Shown here: positions 47,845 through 56,498 of the stretch, piece after piece
Layout of the letters: every line of letters starts with the position of its first letter
Position numbering within the stretch: position 1 is the stretch's first letter
NCBI GenBank assembly: GCA_043797205.1
Contig: JAZDQB010000028.1
Location: 4,144-68,143, forward strand
Direction of reading: 5' to 3'
DNA from: Candidatus Woesearchaeota archaeon
GTDB lineage: Archaea; Nanobdellota; Nanobdellia; Woesearchaeales; GW2011-AR9
DNA: 64,000 bases
Notes under the pieces: generated by a model
Seen by the model: only the letters and a program-made list of their open reading frames with translations
The model's database searches: none
What the model was told of the DNA's origin: nothing
Made by a program: the position numbers and the translations under genes

Positions 47845-48021
47845 ATGAACCCCTCGCCAAGGGGCCAGCGCCGAGCGGAAGCTTCAAGTCACTCCGCTAA
47901 AGCTTCGTTCGTGACTTTGCTGCGCAAAGCTTCGTAAGAGGACTAGCTTCCCGTTCACCTTAGTACTTTAGTAAATGTTGGAACGGGTCGGCGCGAGAGG
48001 GTTTCATATCCCTGCCCTGTT
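47845..48021 (+). ncRNA. structured GC-rich ncRNA of unknown family (~175 nt)
   Basis: GC-rich island in an AT-rich intergenic region. TATA box GATATATAAATTT about 25 nt upstream. Terminal helix ATGAACCCCTCGCC / GGCGCGAGAGGGTTTCAT. Internal stems include AGCGG/CCGCT, GTCAC/GTGAC and CCCGTT/AACGGG. Ends in CTGTTTTTT. Confidence 0.4.
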
Positions 48022-48084
48022 TTTTGGAATAAAAACGAGAATGGATAGAAACAAATATATACCTTAGAATACAAATTAAAACCA

Positions 48085-48798
48085 ATGGTCACCTTAACTT
48101 ACCAAGAACGCTTCCGGACGGAGAACGGGGTATTTGACAATACTACCGAAAGGAATCTGTTTGAACTGCAAAGTCGAGGATATTTCGACCAGTTGATCGG
48201 CCCCCATGAAGTAGGTAAGGAAAGTAACGTTTTTCTAGCTGAGAAAGGCCAAAAGAAGATTATCGTCAAGATTTATCGCGTGCAGAATTGCGACTTTAAA
48301 CGCATGTTTAATTATATCAAAAAAGATCCGCGCTATGATTTTCTCAAAAATAAACGTCGAGAAATCATTTATGCTTGGACTCAAAGGGAATACAAAAACC
48401 TTTACCGGGCCCAGGAAGCCCAAATCAATTCTCCCCGACCGATAGTATGGCGAGCTAATATACTTATAGAAGAAATGATTGGCACGGATCAGCCGGCCTT
48501 GACACTCAAAGATCAACCACCTCGGAATCCCGCTAAATTCTTTCAGGAAGTGCTCAAAAACATCGAAAAACTGTATCGAAGTGGAATAATTCATGGTGAT
48601 TTATCTGCCTTTAATATCCTTAATTTTAAGGAAAAACCGTACTTTATTGACTTCTCCCAAGCTACTTTGGTCAAGACACCTAATTCTTTAGAGTTATTGG
48701 AAAGAGACTTACGTAATGTGGTTCATTTCTTTAAAAAATTAGGAGTTAAAGCTGATTCAGAGGAAATATTTAAAAAACTGACCCAGGATAGAGAATAA
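48085..48798 (+). CDS. rio1: RIO-type serine/threonine protein kinase
   Basis: VGKESNVFLA...VKIYR...IIHGDLSAFNIL...IDFSQA are the RIO kinase motifs. Confidence 0.85.
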   Translation: MVTLTYQERFRTENGVFDNTTERNLFELQSRGYFDQLIGPHEVGKESNVFLAEKGQKKIIVKIYRVQNCDFKRMFNYIKKDPRYDFLKNKRREIIYAWTQREYKNLYRAQEAQINSPRPIVWRANILIEEMIGTDQPALTLKDQPPRNPAKFFQEVLKNIEKLYRSGIIHGDLSAFNILNFKEKPYFIDFSQATLVKTPNSLELLERDLRNVVHFFKKLGVKADSEEIFKKLTQDRE

Positions 48799-48800
48799 TC

Positions 48801-49403
48801 ATGACTAATTCCAACAGCAGCTTAATTGATTCAGTAGAAGATTCAAAGTTAGAAAGTTCTTCTAGCTCCGACTTTTCCTACGATTTAAGGATACCGCAAG
48901 AGAGAGTAGCAGTGCTTATCGGCAAGGACGGAGAAACTAAAAGCTTAATCGAAGAGCAAACCGGTTGCAAGCTAAACATTACTACGGACGGAGAAGTGAA
49001 CATCGCTGGAACGGACGGAATGCGTATGTACACCACTAAAGAGATAGTTAAGGCCGTAGCCCGCGGTTTTAATCCTAAGACTGCTCTTCTTTTACTTAAA
49101 ACTGATTATGCTTTAGAGATAATTGACTTGAAAGATGTGGCGGGAAAAAGCAAGAATGATTTAGAAAGAATCAAAGGAAGAGTAATTGGTAAGGGCGGCA
49201 AGTCTCGAGAAGAGTTGGAAAGATTAACTGACACTTACATTTCTGTTTATGGCAAGACTATTGGCATTATTGGAGAATTAAATCAAGTAGTGATGGCTCG
49301 GCAGGGAGTAGCCAAATTATTGGAAGGAGCTATGCACACTACTGTTTATCGTTTCTTAGAAAGAAAGAAAAAAGATCAATTGTTCGGCCAGCAACCGGTA
49401 TAA
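48801..49403 (+). CDS. KH-domain RNA-binding protein (Dim2/Krr1-like, the usual archaeal RIO neighbour)
   Basis: Two KH GxxG loops (LIGKDGETK and VIGKGGKSR). Start overlaps or abuts the rio1 stop. Confidence 0.7.
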   Translation: MTNSNSSLIDSVEDSKLESSSSSDFSYDLRIPQERVAVLIGKDGETKSLIEEQTGCKLNITTDGEVNIAGTDGMRMYTTKEIVKAVARGFNPKTALLLLKTDYALEIIDLKDVAGKSKNDLERIKGRVIGKGGKSREELERLTDTYISVYGKTIGIIGELNQVVMARQGVAKLLEGAMHTTVYRFLERKKKDQLFGQQPV

Positions 49404-49419
49404 TTTTCTAGTTTGTACT

Positions 49420-49675
49420 TGTTTAGCATCCTCCGGTCAACGCTACTCTTATTTCACTTCCGGCAGACAAGAGGGTTGCCTCCCAAACTTTAACTAAAGT
49501 TTGAACAAAGGTAATGGGACATAAAGTCCCATATCGCGACCCGCTGTGTACTAGCAAGGTCGCGCTTGAGGGCTTCATGCCCTCAGTTGCATACCAGATG
49601 TGCATAACCATCTGACGGAGAACGTCTGCTCTCGAGGAAAACATTCAACAGCGTTGAAGATGCTAAACAAATAAT
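49420..49675. ncRNA. structured ncRNA of unknown family (~255 nt), strand unresolved
   Basis: No credible ORF; the 73-aa track ORF is GC-island noise. An ~18-bp terminal helix pairs GTTTAGCATC...GTCAACGCT with AGCGTTGA...GATGCTAAAC. At least 5 internal hairpins (TGGGAC/GTCCCA, GAGGGC/GCCCTC, GACG/CGTC and others). GC content well above the flanks. Confidence 0.4.
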
Positions 49676-49759
49676 TTGGTATTAATCCCTTTTCTTAGAA
49701 AAATTTAGCCTCCTGCCTTACCAACAAAAATTAAAAAGAAAAAATAAAGCCTTAAAGGC

Positions 49760-52315
49760 TTATTCAACTACTGGGGTTTCTGCAACTACCGGAGCAGCTA
49801 CAACTACTGGAGCAGGGGCACCAACCTTAGCATCAGTGTAAGTAGTTCCTTCCACTTCAACTTCAGTTCCCTTCATTTCTTTCCATCTGTTGGCTACAAC
49901 CTTACCAGCCAGTCTAGTGTCTTCACCAGTGTAACCAGCTACTAACATCGCTACGCTAGCACCGTTCTCGAACAACTTAACTTGAGCTTTACCAGCAGTA
50001 AATCCGTCTGCACAGGAAGCCGGGTTGCCTAACAAGCTCGCTGCAACCGTGTTCACACAAGGTCCACCCACTACAATCAAATTCTGCGCCTTGAAGTCAG
50101 CTACTTCGCTGTCCAACTTAGTGGCATCCACAATGGCTACCGGAGTCCAGGTTCCGCCCGTACTGGTAGCACTAGTTACTGCACCACTAGTTACGTACAC
50201 TTGAGGCAAGATTTGCTCTTCTGGATAGTTATAAGTAAACTCATCCGGACTTGAAGTGGGCTCGTTGAGAGTTATCTTTCCGCCTTGGACAGTATAACCA
50301 TAACCCACGTCGTTCATTCCTTCTGGTGTTACCAAAGTATAACCTGATTGAGCAGCTCTAACTTCGGTATCGGAGTTAACTGAAATGGTTAACACTATTG
50401 GGTCTGCGTTCAAGTTGTCGTAGTCAGTATCACTAGGCGTATCTATTGAAAGCACAACAGATCCGGCATTAGCAACAACACCGTTAGTTCCGGTGTTATC
50501 AATTACAGCTATTCTTCCACCGTAGTAGTCTCTAATACCAACTAAATCAGGACCAGTAACGTCATTATCTCCATCCAAATCAACCTGTATGGTCCAGTCG
50601 TCTGTGGCATCAGCAGCGGTTACGTTTTGTACTATAAACGAATAACCACCTAACTTGATGGTTGCTCTGGGGTTAGAGGTTGCTGCGCTATACTCTAAGG
50701 TCTCACCATTACCGATGTTCTTGAACTTTAACTTAGCATCGCTCTTGTCGGTATCATCTGAACCTTTGAACTGTAACAAGAAGGACTTTTCTTCTCCCTG
50801 TCCACCAGTAGCAGAACCGTCGGTCAAAACAAAGTAATCGTTTTTCTCAATAGTCTTAGACTCGTTTAAGATTACTTTCTTATCATCCGACTCTTCTCCT
50901 AACGTCATGTTATAAGAAGAGGTGTTAGCAAAAAGCTCAGAATAAGCTACAGGCATATCAACCTTGTCGTTGCTACCATCATACCAAGTCAACATATATC
51001 TTCTGTCAGTACTGGAAGATAACTTAAGATCATGAGTGGTTTCAACAGTCAATCCCTTATATTCAATGTCCCAGTTACCGGTGAACAATACTTCTGACTC
51101 ATCTCCCTCAGCTTCGATGATATCACTTAACTTAGCGTTGGCAGGTACAAAGTAGTCATCTTCTGCTGTCATGTTCAACTCGATAGTGTTTAACCTAAAA
51201 GTAGAGTTGTCATCAGTTCCTGTAATGATTACATTAGCACCATCAATAGAATCTGAACCAACTACTAGTTCATGAGATGAAGTACCAGTGATGATACTAT
51301 CATCTCTCAATTCTAGCTTATTAGCTCCCAAGAAGAAAGTGGCAGAGTGTACTCCTCCCGCATAAGCTTGGTACAAAATTTCGGAGACACCTACTTCTTT
51401 GCTATCGGATAATTTTTTAGTCTGTCCAACCTGCATCTTGTCGGTACCTTCACCATTTACTACAAACTTAACCTCATCCTCGTCAACATAGACCAACTTA
51501 ACCTTATATTCCTTTCCAGATAAAGTGTAAGTCTTTTCTTCACCTTCTAAGATAGTATCACTAGTAGCTCCGCCCATTAAAATTAATTTAACACTATCTT
51601 CTCTTGCTGCAAGAGGTCTTGTGGCCAAGACAATAGTATATTCCTTACCCAATAAATTAATCTTAGTCGAATCTAAGTCACTCAAATACTGACCGGTAGA
51701 GGAAGCAGTTCCAGACAAGTCTGAAGCAACGTCACTTTCAACCGGAGAAGTGAACTCTAACTTATATTTAGCAATCTGACTACCTGAAGTAAAAGTTAAG
51801 AAATCTGCAGTTACTTCATTATCATCTTCAGCGAATCTTACCACTCTACTTGTAGCTGAGCTATCAAGATCAAAATATAGATATTGGTTATAACTATAAT
51901 CTTTTTCGCCAGTAGCGTAAGTTCCGCTAGTTAAAGCAATAAGCTCATCTTCACTAATATAAGTCACAATATCTGTAAAGGTCTCATTATTAGGGGTAGT
52001 AGTCTCACTAGGAGTCATCTCCAATGCCTTAGCAGAAGTTCCAACCATCCATGCATCTCCTTCTACTGTAGTCGTAGCCGTTTCACCTGCTTTCAGGTAT
52101 TTCATACCGGCAGCGATATCGGTCATAGCTAAATTATCCACCGCAGCAGCATTCTCTCCAACGACTAAATAACCGTTAAAGGTTCCGTTCTTAACGAACA
52201 TAGCTGGGTAGTCTTTTAAATCTACTGCAGCTAAAGCGCCCATGGCCGTGGCCCCGAGCATTAACGCACCGGTTCCGATCGCGAACAAGCGCTTAGTTAC
52301 TTTTTTTATTTCCAT
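49760..52315 (-). CDS. large S-layer-like secreted surface protein
   Basis: Signal peptide MEIKKVTKRLFAIGTGALMLGATAMGALA. T/S/V-rich beta-type composition. 465-bp leader region upstream. Confidence 0.6.
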   Translation of the reverse strand: MEIKKVTKRLFAIGTGALMLGATAMGALAAVDLKDYPAMFVKNGTFNGYLVVGENAAAVDNLAMTDIAAGMKYLKAGETATTTVEGDAWMVGTSAKALEMTPSETTTPNNETFTDIVTYISEDELIALTSGTYATGEKDYSYNQYLYFDLDSSATSRVVRFAEDDNEVTADFLTFTSGSQIAKYKLEFTSPVESDVASDLSGTASSTGQYLSDLDSTKINLLGKEYTIVLATRPLAAREDSVKLILMGGATSDTILEGEEKTYTLSGKEYKVKLVYVDEDEVKFVVNGEGTDKMQVGQTKKLSDSKEVGVSEILYQAYAGGVHSATFFLGANKLELRDDSIITGTSSHELVVGSDSIDGANVIITGTDDNSTFRLNTIELNMTAEDDYFVPANAKLSDIIEAEGDESEVLFTGNWDIEYKGLTVETTHDLKLSSSTDRRYMLTWYDGSNDKVDMPVAYSELFANTSSYNMTLGEESDDKKVILNESKTIEKNDYFVLTDGSATGGQGEEKSFLLQFKGSDDTDKSDAKLKFKNIGNGETLEYSAATSNPRATIKLGGYSFIVQNVTAADATDDWTIQVDLDGDNDVTGPDLVGIRDYYGGRIAVIDNTGTNGVVANAGSVVLSIDTPSDTDYDNLNADPIVLTISVNSDTEVRAAQSGYTLVTPEGMNDVGYGYTVQGGKITLNEPTSSPDEFTYNYPEEQILPQVYVTSGAVTSATSTGGTWTPVAIVDATKLDSEVADFKAQNLIVVGGPCVNTVAASLLGNPASCADGFTAGKAQVKLFENGASVAMLVAGYTGEDTRLAGKVVANRWKEMKGTEVEVEGTTYTDAKVGAPAPVVVAAPVVAETPVVE

Positions 52316-52792
52316 TCTAAAACACACCTCCGTGTTTGAATATTAGTCAGCCGGTCCTTTCCCTTTTCCAGCCGTCACAAAAATTCCGAAAGAGGCACCA
52401 TTCTTACCGATACTTCTTTTCGATTTTGGAGACGACCGTCCGGGTCAGATTCTCAACTGTAACCTTAGTTTTAGGAGGTAGCTTTTATAAAGCTTTCGCA
52501 AACCAAACGGTTTCTCCTCGCACTTTTGAGGCAATACGGGCTAATTCGCCAAAATTTGCGACAAATAGCCGTTCACTATCTGATAATAATAAAACTAAGA
52601 AACAGAACTTAGTTCTAACTTTCGTTAAATGCAATCCGGGCTTTCGACGTATTAGAAATACGCTTAACTACCATAAAAAAGTAACAAAAATAAGTGCATT
52701 TAACGCAAATTCGGTTTAAAGTGACAACAAAAATAAAGCAGAAGCCTGCTGAACCACAAAAGATATAAAAACCAGTAAATCTACTTAATTTT

Positions 52793-53443
52793 ATGCAATT
52801 TTCCCAACTGTCCTTGCCTGAATTTTTCCAGAAATATTATACTAAATTTCCCCTTCTGACTCCGGTGCAAGAAAAGGCCGTTCAAGCGGGCTTATTAAAC
52901 AATACTTCCTTATTGGTATGCGCTCCTACCGCTTCTGGAAAGACCCTCATTGCGACCATGGGGATAGCCCAACACCTTGAACAAGGGCACAAAACTATCT
53001 ATCTAGTCCCGCTCAAAGCTTTAGCCAACGAAAAATTCAAAGAATTCCAACAATTACTGGCTTCCACTCCCTACAAAACGGTAATTTCTACCGGGGAGAT
53101 GGATTCTGAGTCCAATTACCTGGCTAAATATGACCTTTTGATCCTGACTACAGAAAAGCTCGATTCCCTCTTAAGACACCGCGTGAGTTGGCTAGAGCAA
53201 GTTAAATTGGTAGTAGTGGATGAAATCCATCTTTTGAACGATGCCAGTCGGGGACCTACCTTAGAAATCATCTTAACCCTCCTCAAATCCCTAATTAGGC
53301 CGCAATTGATCGGTTTAAGTGCTACCATTGGCAACCCGCAGGAGTTAGCGCAGTGGTTAGGAGCAGAATTGGTGCAGGATTCCTGGCGACCGGTAGAATT
53401 AAAGCAAGGAATTCGAGTGAAGGATGAAACAGAGTTTTATTAA
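52793..53443 (+). CDS. Ski2/Hel308-like helicase, N-terminal RecA1 domain only (truncated gene, split gene or pseudogene)
   Basis: Motif I CAPTASGKT, motif II VVVDEIHLL, motif III LSATIGN. The ORF stops after 216 aa and motifs IV-VI are absent. A convergent gene follows. Confidence 0.55.
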   Translation: MQFSQLSLPEFFQKYYTKFPLLTPVQEKAVQAGLLNNTSLLVCAPTASGKTLIATMGIAQHLEQGHKTIYLVPLKALANEKFKEFQQLLASTPYKTVISTGEMDSESNYLAKYDLLILTTEKLDSLLRHRVSWLEQVKLVVVDEIHLLNDASRGPTLEIILTLLKSLIRPQLIGLSATIGNPQELAQWLGAELVQDSWRPVELKQGIRVKDETEFY

Positions 53444-54639
53444 TCTCTAAGCAACAACTTTATCTTTTCTATCCTTTCCTTCAGCCCTTCCTTAACATAA
53501 TCTAACTCCAACGCTCGTTGATAACAACGTAAAGCTAGCTCCAGATGCAACTGTTTTTCATGAAGTACGCCTAAATTATAATACGTCCGAGGGTTTTGGG
53601 GAGAAAGTTGTAACGCCTTGGAAAGCTCCGCTTGAGCTTTATCATAAAACCCTTGTTTCTCATAAATCGCCCCCAAGTTAACATAAGCGTCAAGAGAAGA
53701 GGGATTAAGTTGAATTACCTTCTTAAAATAATTTGCTGCTTGAATCAAATCCAGTTCACAAAAGAAACACATCCCTAACCCAAAGAGAACCTCAGAAGCA
53801 ATAAACATTGGAAGTGGTTTTTCCAAGAGCGAAAGATAATTTTTCTTCGCTTCTTTATAATTATTCTGTCTTTGCTGGACTAGAGCTAGGTTTAATCGAG
53901 GTTCAACAGGAAGAGGGTTAAGCTCTACTGATAGTTTCAACTCTTTTTCAGCCAGATTGTTCTCCTCTTTCTCTTTATATTGCACCCCAAGCTCAAAGTG
54001 AGCTTTAGCATCATTAGGATTTTCTTCTACCTTTTTGATTAAAAGTCGTAAATACTCCTTTTTTTTCCCCTCAGAATCTTTCAGTTCACCATAATGGTGG
54101 ATTGCTACCAGAAGAAGAGGAAAATCCAATTTTTCCTCAGTGTCAAACTTAATCATTTCATGGATCCTTCCAATAAAATAAAAATTCTTCTTGTTACGGA
54201 AGAGCCGTATTTTTACTGAAGGATACCACCCCGGAAAATTAAATGTATATTTACCTGGAGAGCAGGACTGCCATCCACTGAGGGAAGAGTTAAGGGAATA
54301 ATTTTTAGTAAGAATTGAATATCCCCCTACTTCAGCATTAGAGATTGCTTCTTTTATTTTTAAGTATTCTTCTTTTGTAACCAGCTCGTCCGCATCTAAA
54401 ATTAAAATCCAATCTTTAGTAGCATGCTTTAAAGACTCATTTCTAGCTGCAGAGAAGTCATCGCACCATTGAAAATCAAAGATCTTCTCTGTAAATTTAG
54501 AAGCAATTTCTTTAGTTTTATCAATGCTTCCGGTATCCACAATAATAATCTCATCTACTAAATTTTTTACTGAATTTAGACATTGTTCTAGGAACTGCTC
54601 TTCGTTTTTCACGATCATGCATAAAGAGAGGGTGGTCAT
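53440..54639 (-). CDS. family 2 glycosyltransferase with C-terminal TPR repeats
   Basis: LSLCMIVKNEEQFLEQCLNSV...DEIIIVDTGSIDKT...ILDADE is the GT2 DxD architecture. The C-terminal half is TPR-like. Confidence 0.7.
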   Translation of the reverse strand: MTTLSLCMIVKNEEQFLEQCLNSVKNLVDEIIIVDTGSIDKTKEIASKFTEKIFDFQWCDDFSAARNESLKHATKDWILILDADELVTKEEYLKIKEAISNAEVGGYSILTKNYSLNSSLSGWQSCSPGKYTFNFPGWYPSVKIRLFRNKKNFYFIGRIHEMIKFDTEEKLDFPLLLVAIHHYGELKDSEGKKKEYLRLLIKKVEENPNDAKAHFELGVQYKEKEENNLAEKELKLSVELNPLPVEPRLNLALVQQRQNNYKEAKKNYLSLLEKPLPMFIASEVLFGLGMCFFCELDLIQAANYFKKVIQLNPSSLDAYVNLGAIYEKQGFYDKAQAELSKALQLSPQNPRTYYNLGVLHEKQLHLELALRCYQRALELDYVKEGLKERIEKIKLLLRD

Positions 54640-54659
54640 TAAGAGTACCTGCTTAACTT

Positions 54660-55877
54660 CTAGGTAGAAGAATAGTTTATAATCATTTCCCGTATTTCTT
54701 TAAACTTTTGTACAGAATAGTTGGATTTGTATTCTCCACTTAATTTTCTCATCCTTTCCACTTCAACCTTTACTCCCCTTTCTTCCAATTCTTCCTTCAT
54801 CCGACACAAACATTCTAAGAACTGAGTAATGTTAGTAGGTTTCTCCGTTTCTTTGCAACGTTCAAAATCTATCAACACTGGCTCCCCAAAATTGGTAATC
54901 AAAATATGTTTGTAAGGATGATGCAACTCTTCCTTGTTCACTTTCAATTGATCTAAGCGGAAGAGTTGTTTCAAGATTTTGATTATTACTTCTCTAATCT
55001 CTCCCTTACCCTTATCCTTCAACCATTCCCCCCAACGTTCTCCTTCCACTAATTCCATTACCAAATAGTTAGTTCCGGAAAAATATAATTTGGGTCCAAT
55101 ACCTTCCCGATTCAATCTTTCTAACCATTTGACCTCGTTTTCCATTCGACTAAGAGCAGTGCTGCGGGGATTTTCCATTTTGATTGCTACTTTCAGCAAT
55201 TTTTCTTGGGCAAAATGTGATTTTACTTGATTTTGCGTTTTCCAAACTCCGGAATATACTACTCCTCTTTTTCCCTTAGCTAAATAATGTACTTGTGCGA
55301 TTCCTTTTCGTTCCAACTCCCGCAGCAATTCGCTTTTTTCAATCAGATAAACAAACAACTCTTCAAAGAAAGGGAACTTTTTGCTTTCCAATTCTTTAAA
55401 CTGCAATAAATTATGCTGCAGAATTTCTTCAATCTTCTCTTTGTTGGTGTAAGAAGAAAACAAAAAGAGAATTTTTCCTTTCGCTGCCAGATATTTTGAT
55501 ACTTGGTTAAAGAAACGTGCGGAAATTTCCCATCCTTTCTTCCCCCCATACAAAGCAGGATCTTCGATTCCGGGGTCTTGCGGCAGATAAGGTGGATTAA
55601 AGATAATAGTATCAAATTGGCCGGATACATTTTGGAAAAGGTCACCCACTCTAGCGGTAATTTTGCGCCGGTTTTCTTTCTGAATTTCTGAGTTTAAGGT
55701 TTTTATCACTTCTTCATTAATATCAATGGCTAGAATCTCTTTCATATCCTTATTTTCTGCTGCTGTAAGTGCTTGAATTCCCGAACCCGTTCCTACATCT
55801 AAGACTCTTCCTGAAGCTAATTCTCTCACCCACTTTTGTAAAAGGTAAGAATCTTCTTGTGGTTCGTAAATGTCCAT
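54660..55877 (-). CDS. fusion protein: HemK/PrmC(Mtq2)-like SAM methyltransferase + Bud32/RIO-like small kinase domain
   Basis: N-terminus VLDVGTGSGIQAL...DTIIFNPPY is the NPPY MTase. C-terminus LAKGKRGVVYSG...LVMELVEGERW...ILITNFGEPVLIDFERC resembles Bud32-type kinases. Confidence 0.55.
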   Translation of the reverse strand: MDIYEPQEDSYLLQKWVRELASGRVLDVGTGSGIQALTAAENKDMKEILAIDINEEVIKTLNSEIQKENRRKITARVGDLFQNVSGQFDTIIFNPPYLPQDPGIEDPALYGGKKGWEISARFFNQVSKYLAAKGKILFLFSSYTNKEKIEEILQHNLLQFKELESKKFPFFEELFVYLIEKSELLRELERKGIAQVHYLAKGKRGVVYSGVWKTQNQVKSHFAQEKLLKVAIKMENPRSTALSRMENEVKWLERLNREGIGPKLYFSGTNYLVMELVEGERWGEWLKDKGKGEIREVIIKILKQLFRLDQLKVNKEELHHPYKHILITNFGEPVLIDFERCKETEKPTNITQFLECLCRMKEELEERGVKVEVERMRKLSGEYKSNYSVQKFKEIREMIINYSST

Positions 55878-55998
55878 AAATTAAGAAAAAGTAAGGGGTA
55901 ATAAAAAACTATTGATGTTTCTTCAGTAAATTACAGAAGTAAAATACTTTTTCATTCTTGTTCTAATTCTTGCTAAATATTGATAAAATAAAAAGAGA

Positions 55999-56280
55999 TT
56001 ATAGATATATTCTTTCTTCTTTCCCGATTTTAACATCCATTGCCCGAAGTTTTGCTTGAAGTCCTAAAGGAGTGTTATGCCCAATTCCGCATCCGCCCAC
56101 TGCGCCTTCTGGTACTCCTTCATTATTTCCTAAATAACCACCTTCTTTAAGAGTTCCAGCAATGTCCATCCGAACAGGACCAAACCCCAATCCTTTTGTA
56201 ACAGTTTCCTCAATAAGACGTTGCAAAACAGTAGTAGGTACGGCCGGAACTCTTTCCTGATAAGTTATGTTGTATTCCAT
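55999..56280 (-). CDS. hypothetical protein
   Basis: SD AAGGGG before MEYNITYQ. Gly-rich ...GVPEGAVGGCGIGHNTPLG. No family assigned. Confidence 0.4.
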   Translation of the reverse strand: MEYNITYQERVPAVPTTVLQRLIEETVTKGLGFGPVRMDIAGTLKEGGYLGNNEGVPEGAVGGCGIGHNTPLGLQAKLRAMDVKIGKEERIYL

Positions 56281-56498
56281 TTTTAAACCCCTTATTTTCA
56301 ATCTTTATGACTATTCCTACTAAAAACAGTACTTATATTTAAACTTTTCCATAAATTCACCACTTAATAATAGTAAACCGGGTCGCTGGCCTCGCCGCTT
56401 CCTAATTGTAATATTAAAAAACGTAACCAACTATTTTATTAAAACTTAATTAGCTCAGCAGGCACTAATTAACCTTACCTAAAAAATTTTAATCAAGG

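Noticed and set aside
49423-49644. 73-aa minus-strand ORF over the GC-rich element
   Set aside because: It coincides exactly with a highly structured GC island that has long-range pairing. It has no SD and a non-protein-like composition. It is interpreted as an ncRNA instead.
52336-52719. 127-aa plus-strand ORF in the 465-bp region upstream of the S-layer-like gene
   Set aside because: No SD and an odd composition. It lies in what is most likely the long promoter and 5' leader of the highly expressed surface-protein gene on the opposite strand.
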